NCBI RefSeq assembly: GCF_036321535.1
Contig: NC_087436.1
Coordinates: forward strand, 83,578,001-83,642,000
Direction: 5' to 3'
DNA length: 64,000 nucleotides
DNA from: Camelus dromedarius
Taxonomy: Eukaryota
The notes below the pieces were generated by a model. The model had not been told where the DNA came from. It saw only the letters and a program-made list of their open reading frames with translations, and did not search any database. This document shows, in pieces, positions 53,101-64,000 of this stretch; the stretch's first letter is position 1, and the number at the start of each line of letters is the position of its first letter. The position numbers and the translations under genes are program-made.

Positions 53101-53545
53101 CCACAAATGACAAATGCTGGAGAGGCTGTGGAGAAAAGGGAACCCTCCTACACTGCTCCTGGGAATGCAGTTTGGTGCAGCCACTGTGGAAAACAGGATG
53201 GAGATTCCTCAAAAGACTAGGAATAAACTTACCATATGACCCAGTCATCCTGCTCCTGGGCATATATCCAGAAGGAACCCTACTTCAAAATGACACCTGC
53301 ACCCCAACGTTCATAGCAGCACTATTTACAATAACCAAGACATGGAGACAGCCTAAATGTCCATCAACAGATGGCTGGAAAAAGAAGCTGTGGTATATTC
53401 ATACAATGGAACACTACTCAGCCATAAAAACCGACAACGTAACGCCATTTGCAGCAACATGGATGTCCCTGGAGAATGTCATTCTAAGTGAAGTAAGCCA
53501 GAAAGAGAAAGAAAAATACCGTATGAGTTCACTCATATGTGGAAT
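50138..53545 (+). pseudogene. Disrupted L1 ORF2 (partial endonuclease, reverse transcriptase, Cys-rich C-terminus)
   Basis: ORF pieces 50137-50520 (GDFNT, DHN), 51000-52439 (QGCPLS, YADD), 52394-52723 and 53037-53609, separated by in-frame stops (50518-50520, 52721-52723) and frameshifts. Confidence 0.93.
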
Positions 53546-53874
53546 GCAAAAGAAAAAAAAAGAAAAAGAAAACCATAAATACAAAACAGAAAGAGACTCA
53601 CAGACATAGAATACAAACTTGTGGTTGCCAAGTGGGTGGGGGTTGGGAAGGGACAGACTGGGATTTCAAAATGTAGAATAGATAAACAAGATTATAGTGT
53701 ATAGCACAGGGAAATATATACAAGATCTTGTGGTATTTCACAGCAGAAAAAAATGTGACAATGAATATATGTATGTTTATGTATAATTGAAAAATTGTGC
53801 TCTACACTGGAATTTGACACAACATTGTAAAATGACTACAACTCAATAAGAAATGTTAAAAAATAAAATAAAAT
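50138..53874 (+). mobile_element. Young 5'-truncated L1 (~3.7 kb)
   Basis: 14-nt TSD aaaaagacagacag (50124-50137) / aaaaagacagatag (53875-53888); A-rich tail; long ORF2 remnants. Confidence 0.95.
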
Positions 53875-55268
53875 AAAAAGACAGATAGCATACAATGTAT
53901 CTTTTCTTACCATAATAGGATAAGGTTAGAAATCCATAACAAAGAAAATTGGAAAGTTCACAAATCTGTGGACTTAAATGACACATAAACAATCAATGGT
54001 TTAAAGAAAAAAAATCTCAAGGATAATTAGGAAATACTGAGAGATGAATGAAAACAAAACCACAACAAACCAAAACTTACAGGATGCAGCAAAGTAGAGC
54101 TAAGGAGGAAGTTAACACCTATGAACACATAAATTTTTTTAAAAGAATACAAATCTAAAACCTAACTCTACAACTTAAGGAACTAGAAAAGGAATTTTTA
54201 AAAAGTCCAAAGCTAGCAGAAGGAAGGAAATAATCAAGGTTAGAGCAGAGATAAATAACAACAGAAAAATAGAGGCAACTAATGAAACCAAAAACTGGTT
54301 CTTTGAAATTGACAAATATTTAGCTAGATGGATTAAGAAAAAAGAGACAAGGCTCAAATTGTTAAAATCAGAAATGAAAGTGAAGCTATTACTATCAATT
54401 CTACAGAAATAAAAAGGATCATAAGAGAGTACTATAAATATTTACACATCAAATTGGAAAACCTAGATTGAATGGACAAAATTCTAGAAACACAAAACCT
54501 ACCAACACTAAATTATGAAGAAATAGAAAATATGAATATCTCTGTAACTAGTAAGAAGGTTGAATCAGTAATCAAAAAATCTACAAAGAAAAGCCCTGTA
54601 CCTGATGGCTTCACTGGTAAATTCCACTAAACATTTAAAGAAGAACCAATGCTAATTTTTTCTCAAAATTTTCTAAAAAACTCAAGAGGAAAGAATACTG
54701 CCTAACTCATTCTATGTGACCCAATTTCATTGATTCCAAGGCCAGACAGACACTACAATAAAACTGCAGACCAAAATCCCTTATAAACACTGATGATAAA
54801 TTCTCAACAAAATACTAGCATATTAAAATAATTATATACCATGATCAGGTAGTATTTATTCCTGTAATATATAGATGCTGCAACATACAATAATCAGTAT
54901 AATATGCCACATGAACAGAATGAAGGAAAAAAGATGCATGACCATCTCATTTGATGCAGAAAAAAAGCATCTGACAAAATTCAACACACTTTCATGATAA
55001 ACTCAACAAACTAGAGAGAGAAGGTAACTACCTCAACACAATAAAAGTCACATATGAAAACTCCACAGCAAATATCATACTCAATGGTGAAAAACTGAAG
55101 ATTTTTCTCTAAAATCAGTTACAAGGCAAGGGGATACCCGTTTTCATCACTTTCATTCAACACAGTACTGGAAGTTCTAGCCAGAGCAATTACACAAGAA
55201 GAAATAAAAAGCATCCCAACTGGAAAGGAAGAAGTAAAAGTATCTCTTGTTTGCAGAAAACATGATCT

Positions 55269-55905
55269 TAACTAAAAATAGAACTACCATATGATCCAGC
55301 AATTTAACTCCTGGGTATATAAATGAAATGAAAACACTAATTCAAAAAGATATATGCATCCCAATGTTGACAGCAGCACTATTTACAAAACCCTAGACAT
55401 GGAAGCAATCCAAGTGCCCATCAACAGACAACTGGATTAAGAAGACATGGTGTGTATACATACACAATTGAATATTACTCGCCATAAAGAGATTAAAGTA
55501 CTGCCACTTGCAGCAGTGTGGATGGACCTGGAGAATATTATGCTTAGTGAAATAAGTCAGACAGAGAGAGACAAATACTGTATTCCACTTATATTTGGAA
55601 TCTAAAGAAATAATACAAATGAATGTATATGCAAAACAGAAACAAACTCACAAATACAGAAAACAAATTTGTGGTTATCAAAGGGGGAGAGACAAATTAG
55701 GAGTACGAGATTAACAGATACAAACTACTATATATAAAAATAGACAAGCAATAAGAATATACTGTATAGCATAGGGAATTATACTCATTATCTTGTAATA
55801 ACTTATAATGGAGTATAACTTTCAAAAATACTGAAATCATTATGCTGTACATCTGAAACTAACACAGTAATGTAAATCAACTACACTTCAATAAAAAATA
55901 TACAT
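55269..55905 (+). mobile_element. Nested L1 3' end
   Basis: Interrupts the host RT region just after gcagaaaacatgatctta. Ends gtaaatcaactacacttcaataaaaaa. Confidence 0.8.
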
Positions 55906-57462
55906 AAGAAAATTAAAGAAAACACAAAAAAACCTGTTAGAAATAATAACTGAGTTCAGCAAAGTAGCAGATACAAAGTAAACACACAAAATTCAATTGT
56001 ATTTCTAAACACAACAAACAATCTGAAAAGGAAATTACAAAAACAACTCCATTTACAATAGCATCATAAAGAACAAAACACTTAAGAATGAATTTACCAA
56101 GGAGGTGAAAGACTTATACAATGAAAACTACAAAACACTGGAGAGAGAAATTAAAGAAGACATAAGTAAATGAAAGCATATCAAATGTTCATGGATTGGA
56201 AGACTTAATATTGTTGAAATGTGAATAATACCCAAAACAGTCTACAGATTTGATGCAATTCCTGTAAAAATTTCAATGGCATTTTCCACAGAAATAGAAA
56301 AACCCATCTTAAAATTCATATGGAATCTTAAGGGACCCCTAATAGCTAAAACAAACTCAAAAAAAAAAAAAAAAAAAAAGAAAGAAAAAAAGAAATACAG
56401 AAGACACATTTCCTGATGCTGAAACTTACTTCAAAGCTACAGTAATCAAAACAGTATGCTACAGACATAAAGACAGACATATAGACCAACAGAATAGAAC
56501 AGAAAGCTAAAAATGAACCCTATCATACATGGTCAAATGATTTTTGGCAAGGACACTAACACCAATGGGAAATGGACAGTGTTTTCAACAAATGGTACTG
56601 AGAAAACTGGATATTCACATGCAAGAGAATGAAGTTGGCCCTGGCCTAGCACCATATACAAAAATTAACTCAAAATGGATCAAGGATCTAAAGTGATAAA
56701 AATTTTGGAAGAAAACAAAGGACAAATCTTCATGACATTGGATTTGGCAATGATTTCTTGGATATGACACCAAAGACACAGACAAAAGAAAACAGACAAA
56801 TTGGACTCAATAAAAATTAAAATTTTTTGTGCATCAAAAGCCACTATCAACAGAGTAAAAAGACAACCCACAGTAGTAGAAAATATTTGTAAATCATGTA
56901 TCTAACAAGGGTCTGATATCCAGAATACATAGAGAACTCCTACAACGCAACAATAACAACAACAACAAAAAAAAACACCTGATTCAAAAGTGAGCAAAGG
57001 ATTTAAATAGACATTTCTCCAAATAAGATATATTAATGGCCAATAACCACATGAAAGATGCTCAACATCATTAATCATTAGGGAAACGGAAATCAAAACT
57101 GCAACAAGATACCCTCTCACACTAATTAGGATGGCTACTATATAAAAAAAAACACACACACACAACAATAATAAGTGTAGGTGATGATGCAGAGAAATTG
57201 AAACTGTTGTACATTGTTGGTTAGAATGTAAACTGGTACAGCCCCTATGTGAAACAATATGGCAGTGCCTCAAAAAACTAAAAATAAAATTACCATATGA
57301 TCCACCAATTCCACTTCTGAGTATGTACCCAAAAGAATTAAAAGCAGGGTCTAGAAGAGATATTTGTATACCAATATTTATAGCAGCATTATTCACAATT
57401 GTTAAAAAGTGGAAACAACACAAATGCCCATGGACAGATGAATGGATAAGCAAAATGTGGTC

Positions 57463-57673
57463 CAGTTGACCCTTGAACAATGAAAGGGGTAGGGGTGCAG
57501 ATCCCTGTATACTTAAAAATCTTCATGTAACTTTATAGTCAGCCCTCTATATCCATGGTTCCACATTCGTGGATTCAACCAGCCTCATGTGGTGTAATAC
57601 TACAGCATTTGTTGAAAAATTTCATATAAGTGGACCTGCACAGTTCAAATAGATGTTGTTCAAGGATCAACTA
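57463..57673. mobile_element. Second Tigger2a/MER8-like MITE nested in L1, followed by TA-rich simple repeat
   Basis: TIRs cagttgacccttgaacaa / ttgttcaaggatcaacta. Internal sequence is homologous to 884-1087. Confidence 0.85.
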
Positions 57674-58345
57674 TATATATATTTATATAATATATATATA
57701 ATACACACATATATACATATATGCATATATACATATACACACAATGTAATATTATTCAGCCTTAAAACCAATTTAAATTCTACTATAATGCTATAACATA
57801 GGTGAACTTTTAGGACATTAAGTAAAATAAGCCAGGCATAAAAAGACAAATATTGCATGATTCCACTTACATAAAGTACTTAATAAAATAGTCAAAATCA
57901 TAAGGACAGAAAGGATAATGATGGTGACGGGGGGAGAGTGGGAGTCAATGTTTAAGGGATATAGTTGCAGTTTTACAAGATAAAGAGAGTAATGGGGATG
58001 GATGTTGCTGAAGTTTTCACAACAACGTGAATGTGTTTAAAACGTTTGAATTGTACACTTAAAATCATTAAGACTGAAGATTACATGTTATGCATATTTT
58101 AGCATAATAAAATACAGTAAAAAAAATAAGGAATGCATCTTCCTCTATACACAGGACACTGACATCTGGTTATTATGATTCTTCAGTTATGACTGCCTGA
58201 TGGAAGGCAGATAAAGTGATGAAGCAAGATACATTTGCAATAGTCATATTCACATTAACTACATGTTAAAGCTATATATTATATGCATCGCAGCACTCAA
58301 TAAAAATAAGATCTATTAAAAGTTAGGTGAAAAATGCTTTGCAAA

Positions 58346-58570
58346 GCTGTGGGGTCAGAGAATGATCAGTGGTTACCAATGGCTTCGGTAAAGGGAAGGG
58401 TTGACTAAAGGGAACATGAGCAAACTGTGTGGAATGACAGAAATGGCCCACATCTTAATTGCCGTGGTGGTGACATAACTGTATGACTTTATGGAAACTT
58501 AGAACACTATACTAAAATGAAAGCATTTTACACTACATATACTGTATCTCAGTAACCCCAACTTTAAAAA
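58346..58570 (+). mobile_element. Old short L1 3' end inserted in a MIR-type tail
   Basis: gatcagtggttaccaatgg...agggttgact; flanking repeat aaaatgctttgcaaa / aaagtgctttgcaaa. Confidence 0.6.
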
Positions 58571-58775
58571 AAAGTGCTTTGCAAACTATAAGTATTCATA
58601 CAAATGTTTTTTATTATGCAGAGTAAGATTCTAGCTTTCGAAGTAACACTGTTGGTCTACGCTGAACTTACAGTTGGCTAGAATTCTCTAGACTTTTTCA
58701 TAGGGGTTGCTATTAAACTAGGTCTTTCTAGTCCTGATCTCTCTTGAAAATCAAAGTTTAAGACTGAACATTTAC

Positions 58776-59394
58776 CATATGACCCAGAAATCCTACTTCG
58801 GGGCATGTATCCAGAAGGAACCCTACTTCAAAATGACACCTGCACCCCAATGTTCATAGTAGCACTATTTACAATAGCCAAGACATGGAAAGAGCCTAAA
58901 TGTCCATCAACAGATGACTGGATAAAGAAGATGTGGTATATTTATACAATGGAATACTACTCAGCCATAAAAACCGACAACATAACGTCATTTGCAGCAA
59001 CATGGATGCTCCTGAAGAATGTCATTCTAAGTGAAGTAAGCCAGAAAGAGAAAGAAAAATACCATATGAGCTCGCTCATATGTGGAATCTAAAAAAAAAA
59101 GTGTAAATACAAAACAGAAATAGACTCATAGACATAGAATACAAACTTGTGGTTGCCAAGGGGGTGGGGCGTGGGAAGAGATAGACTAGGATTTCAAAAT
59201 TGTAGAACAGATAAACAAGATTATACTGTATAGCACAGGGAAATATATACAAGATCTTATGGTAGCTCACAGAGAAAAAAATGTGACAATGAATATATAT
59301 ATGTTCATGTACAACTGAAAAATTGTGCTTTTACACTGGAATTTGACACAACATTGTAAAATGATTATAAATCAATAAAAAATGTTTAAAAAAA
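58776..59394 (+). mobile_element. Young short L1 3' end
   Basis: Perfect 16-nt TSD aagactgaacatttac (58760-58775 and 59395-59410). Same 3'UTR type as 50138-53874. Confidence 0.95.
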
Positions 59395-60409
59395 AAGACT
59401 GAACATTTACTCACTGTAAATTAAACATCAGTCTTCTAAGTCTCCACTTATTTTTTCTACCTATGATAGGATAAAAAGAAACAACTAACATTTTGGTAGT
59501 GGTCTTCAATCTTTTATTTCGAACCTTGCTGTTCTATGTATTAGTTATCCTTCACAGCTCTGTTTCATTGACTACTTTCATCTGCATAAAATTTTCTATA
59601 TCTTAATCTAAGTCACTAATAAAAGGTGTCAGTAGGTACAGAGTGATGAAACACTTCATCTGCAAACTCTCTTTGGACTGTCATCATTTAATACATCCTT
59701 ACACTTAGAATATGATTGTTCACCCAGGCCTGAATGTACCTAATTGTGTTATCATTAGGTCACATTGCCCAATCTTGTCCATGTACATTAAGTGCAAATA
59801 TTTTGTCCTTAACTAATTATTTTGCAATTAAAAAATGAGGACATGCTGGGACATTCCCCCTTAGGTAGTTCTTCACAAAATTAAAAAAAATTCTATTACT
59901 GAAAGCAATCACTGGAGGCCAGGTTTAATAACTATTTTAAAGGGTATGAAAGTTTCCAAATACATACTGTCCTGTCTGTGAATCTACTGTGTTCAATCTA
60001 TATTCATTTATCTGTTATAAATAAAGATTTAGTACAAATGAGAAGCTGGAAGATTGTTTCAAAAGATAACATCTAGTAATAAAGCTCTTAATGATCCTTG
60101 GAATTGAGGCAGTGGGAAAATTTTTCCAGAACTGTTTTTGTATCCTGACCTGCCCCTCCTCCTTAGCAATGCTCCCCCTTTTAAGAACTAAGATGTTGGT
60201 GTTTCTAGGTATTCAATTTACATTATGCATCTTAGTTTCCATTTTCCCCCTCAAGTTGCAGATTTTATAAACAGTGTCACTCACTAGTAACCAATTGATG
60301 AGTTAGTCTTTTCCACTCAAAAGCACTAATAGAACGTAAAACTTCTTTAATGAAAGTCCTTGACTACTACATCAACAATTACCCAACCAGGTCAATATAA
60401 TAGGTGTAT

Positions 60410-62061
60410 TTTTATTAAGGGCATTAAAGATGATCTAAAGAAATGGAAAGATATCCCATGCTCTTGGATTGGAAGAACCAATACTGTTAAAATGGCCATA
60501 CTATCCAAAGCAATCTACGTATTTAATGCAATCCCTATCAAATTACACAGGACATTTTTCACAGAACTAGAACAAATACTCCTAAAATTTATATGGACTC
60601 ACAAAGACCAAAAATTGTGAAAGCAACACTGAAGAAAAAGAATGAGTCTAGAAGAATAATGCTCCCAAACTTCAGACAACACAACAGAACTACAGTAATC
60701 AAAACAGCATGGTATTGGCACAAAAACAAATATATCAATCAACAAAACAGAATAGAGAGCCCGAAATAAACCTATAGACCTACCGTCAATTAATCTTTGA
60801 CAAAGGAGGCAAGAACATACAATGGAGAAAACACAGTCTCTTCAGTAAATAGTGTTGTGAAACTGGACAGCCACATGTAAATCAATGAAATTAGAACATT
60901 CTCTTACATCATACACAAAAATAAACTCAAGATGGTTTAAAGACTTAAGCATAAGACCGGACACTATAAACCACCTAGAAGAAAACATAGGCAAAACACC
61001 CTCTGACATAAATCTTAGCAATGTTCTTATAGGGCAGTTTACCCAGGCAATAGAAATTAAAGCAAAAATAAACAAATGGGACCTATTAAACTTACAAGTT
61101 TTTGCACAGCAAAAGAAACCATAAGCAAAACAAAATGACAACCTATGGAATGGGAAAAAATATTTGCAACTGATGCGACTGATAAGGGTTTAAGTTCCAG
61201 AATACATAAACAGCTCATACAACTTAACAAAAAAACAAACAACCCAATCCAAAAATGGGCAGAAGACCTAAACAAGCAAGTCTCCAATGAAGACATACAA
61301 ATGGCCAATAGGCACATGAAAAATGTTCAATACCACAGTAATTATCAGAGAAATGCAAATCAAGACTACAATGAGGTATCACCTCACACCAGTCAGAATG
61401 GTCATCACTAAAGGGTCCACAAATGATAAATGCTAGAGAGGGTATGGAGAAAAGGAAACCCTCCTACACTGTTAGTGGGAATGTAGTTTGGTGCAGCCAT
61501 TATGGAAAACAGTATGAAGATTACTCAAAAAACTAAAAATAAGACTTACCACATGATCCAGCAATCCCACTCCTGGGCATATATCTGGAGGGAAATCTAA
61601 TTCGAGAAGATACATGCATCCCAGTGTTCACAGTAGCACTATTTACAATAGCCAAGACATGGAATCAACCTAAATGTCCATTGACAGATGACTGGATAAA
61701 GAAGTTGTGGTGTATATGTATATGTATATGTACACACCCACATACACACAGTGGAATACTACTCAACCATAAAAATAATAAAATAACGCCACTTGCAGCA
61801 ACATGGATGGACCTGGAGACTGTTATTCTAAGTGAAATAAGCCAGAAAGAGAGAAAAAAAAAAAAAGCCACATACCACTCATATGTGGAATCTGAAAGAA
61901 AAAAAAAAAAAAAGACACACAAATGAACTTATTCACAAACCAGAAACAGATTCACAGATATAGAAAGCAAACTCATGGTTACCAGGGGGGAAAGAGGGTG
62001 GGAAGGGATAAAATGAGAGTTTGAGATTTGCAGATACTAACAACTATATATAAAATAAACA
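60410..62061 (+). mobile_element. 5'-truncated L1 (ORF2 tail and part of 3'UTR), interrupted by a younger L1
   Basis: [17 protein letters not shown] ORF2 remnants. The 3'UTR stops abruptly at caactatatataaaataaaca. Confidence 0.9.
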
Positions 62062-63392
62062 GGGAGAAGCAAGATGGCAGAGTAGAAGGACACTTGTAGC
62101 TCACCCTCTCCCACAAAGACACCAAAACTCACATCTACGGACCCACTCAGCCAACCAGAGCACCTGCCGAACTCTGACAGAACATTGCCTTCTTCGAAAG
62201 ACAAAGATGCCAAAAATCTGGTAGGAAAAAAGAAAGAAGAAAAAGCAAAACAGTGCAGGACCGATCCTGCAGGGAGGGAGCAGCAAAGGAGGACTGGTGC
62301 TCGTTTGCTGGGTCTCCCCTCCCCAACGGAGAGGCCAGTGGGACAGAGGGGGGATTTCCCAGGCTCAGATCTGCCCTGAGCACCCCTTGACTGATAGAAC
62401 TGAGTTAAATGGGCACAAAGGGTCCCCATGACACCCAGCCCGAGACGCGAGCCGATAGCTGGCGCCGGGGCAGGCGGCCCGAGCAGGGCAGAGGACTGGG
62501 GCAGCTGCCCTCAGGCAGCCCCAGGGGACTTCAGGGGGCTGCGTGCCGTGGCTGGGAGGGGATACAGAGCAGAACCACCTCAGTTCCCCATAAATTGCGA
62601 AAAAAGCAAAGCAACATGGCTGGTGTGCCCCAGGGGGAGGGGCGCAATAGCATTTGTCTCCTGAGACCTGCACCACCATTACTGGCACTTCTCGCGAAAA
62701 GAGAGGCGGGGCGCAGCCACAGCCGCCATGTTCTCCTGTGTGCAGTGCCCGGGTGGGGGTGGGGCTGAGACCTGAATCCGCACCCAGGGGCTCCACAACC
62801 TCCTAGGCAGGACTGAGACTTATTTACAGCTAGAGGCAGATAGGATGTTTCTGCCCTGGCACCTCAGAGAACTTCTGCCGCCAAGACAAACAAGGAGCTG
62901 AGATTTGGCACAGAGCAGAGGCGGGGCCATTCCACGGTCTTCCCCAAGCCTGTCTTCAGAGCGCTGACTGGAGGCGGAGCTGGCAGCTGCACAGAGCAGC
63001 AGAGCGACCGGCGCCGGGCAAGAGCGGGCGGCAACCCACTTTCCTAGCAGGAACGCAGCACCTGACCACGGTGCTGGGAGGGGATGTGATCTGCCCACCT
63101 GCCTCCCCTGAGCACAGCATCTGACTGCGGCATCAGGAGCGGAAGTGACCCGCCCACCCACCAGATAAGAGCTCAACCCCTGACCCAGTGTTGGGAGGGG
63201 GCACAATCTGCTAGCCAACAGCCACTGGGAGCAGCACAGAAGAGGGTGCCAACAGAGGGCCTCTGGAAACAGCAAGCTGAGTTTGCAAAACAGGGCGAAG
63301 ACACAAAGACCTCGCGATAAAATCATTAAGAGTACAGCGTCTCCAGGAGAACTAGATAACTAATACTCCTTAAGCCACAGTGCCAAAGTGAT
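62062..63392 (+). promoter_or_regulatory. L1 5'UTR internal promoter, CpG-rich, with YY1-like motif aagatggc at 62071-62078
   Basis: The only markedly CpG-rich stretch in the window. A YY1 motif at the L1 5' terminus is an established feature of mammalian L1s. Confidence 0.7.
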
Positions 63393-64000
63393 ATGAGCAA
63401 TATGAAAAAGCAGAAGAACCACTCCCAATTAAAAGATCAAGAGAAATCCCCTGAAAGCACGATCAAGGAAATAGACATCGATGGCCTACTAGATCAAGAT
63501 TTCAAAAAAGGAGTGATCAAAGTACTGAAGGAACTGAAAGAAATAGTGTTTAGAGATATAAAATATGTCAAAAATGAAACAGAAGTTATAAAGAACCAAG
63601 TAGAATTAGTAAACTCATTTGCTGAGATGAGAGCCAACCTAAAGGCTGTACAAAGCAGGCTAGACAATGCAGAGGAACGAGTAAGTGACCCAGAAGACAG
63701 GACAACAGAAAGCGCCCAATCAGAACAGCTGAAAGAAAAACAAATAAAAAACAATGAAAACAATATAAGGGACCTATGGGATAATATAAAGCATGCCAAT
63801 CTATGCATAATAGCGATTCCAGAAGGGGAAGAAAGAACAAAGGGAATTGAAAAGGTATTTGAAGAAATGACTGAAAACTTCCTAAACCTAAAGGAATCAG
63901 ATATCCAAGTACAGGAGGCTCAGAGGGTCCCAAACAGGAACAACCCAAACAGACCCACACCAAGACATATTATAATCAAGATGGCCAGAGTCAAGGATAA
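63393..64000 (+). CDS. L1 ORF1p, N-terminal part (runs off the window)
   Basis: Hand translation from ATG 63393 gives 202 codons with no stop: MSNMKKQKNHSQLKDQEKSP...RLDNAEERVSDPED...RDLWDNIKHANLCIIAIPEGEE...PTPRHIIIKMARVKD. Confidence 0.9.
   Translation, partial: MSNMKKQKNHSQLKDQEKSPESTIKEIDIDGLLDQDFKKGVIKVLKELKEIVFRDIKYVKNETEVIKNQVELVNSFAEMRANLKAVQSRLDNAEERVSDPEDRTTESAQSEQLKEKQIKNNENNIRDLWDNIKHANLCIIAIPEGEERTKGIEKVFEEMTENFLNLKESDIQVQEAQRVPNRNNPNRPTPRHIIIKMARVKD

Larger units (their letters stand above)
46495..58125 (+). mobile_element. Old near-complete L1 (L1MB-like; ORF1 part, ORF2, 3'UTR) hosting five younger insertions
   Basis: Collinear pieces: ORF1 (46495-47100), inter-ORF, endonuclease region (49500-50137), RT region (53889-55268), ORF2 tail and 3'UTR (55920-58125). 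Confidence 0.8.
1..64000 (-). other. FAM13A: Window lies within the FAM13A transcription unit (introns 1-20392, 20477-42277, 42432-64000)
   Basis: Both exons are internal (acceptor and donor present). No flanking FAM13A exons were recognised in the window. Confidence 0.85.
62062..64000 (+). mobile_element. 5' end of a young, possibly full-length L1
   Basis: Starts gggagaagcaagatggc, then a GC/CpG-rich 5'UTR and an uninterrupted ORF1. Confidence 0.92.

Noticed and set aside
1..64000. A novel multi-gene or prokaryote-style system (operon, CRISPR array, defence island)
   Set aside because: The sequence is mammalian intron. There are no repeat-spacer arrays or clustered genes, and the long ORFs are explained by L1.

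Overview
Mammalian genomic DNA, probably camelid (camel/alpaca). That call rests on one tRNA-Ala-derived vic-1-type SINE, artiodactyl-type L1 3' ends, and no recognisable Alu, B1, Bov-A or PRE-1. The whole window lies inside a minus-strand gene that I recognise as FAM13A. Only two coding exons are present: 42278-42431 (154 nt, VPPGLEGMKEQDLCNK...IMVK, end of the RhoGAP region) and 20393-20476 (84 nt, EANCKKSLPILLT...PKTK), joined in frame across a ~21.8 kb intron. The rest is intron rich in interspersed repeats: MIR, L2, CR1, MLT/ERVL and ERV1-type LTRs, MER58/MER82/Tigger DNA elements, and a heavily nested L1 block from ~46.5 kb to the end. That block ends in the 5' part of a young L1 whose ORF1 is open to the window edge. 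Almost all ORFs in the supplied track are L1 fragments or chance ORFs. I found no evidence for a new multi-gene system. The most notable signals are DNA-repair and retrotransposition scars (an exact 40-nt templated insertion, a perfect 15-bp hairpin, a twin-primed L1) and an L1 5'UTR whose antisense strand points into FAM13A. Repeat family names come from recognition by eye, and old-repeat boundaries are approximate.
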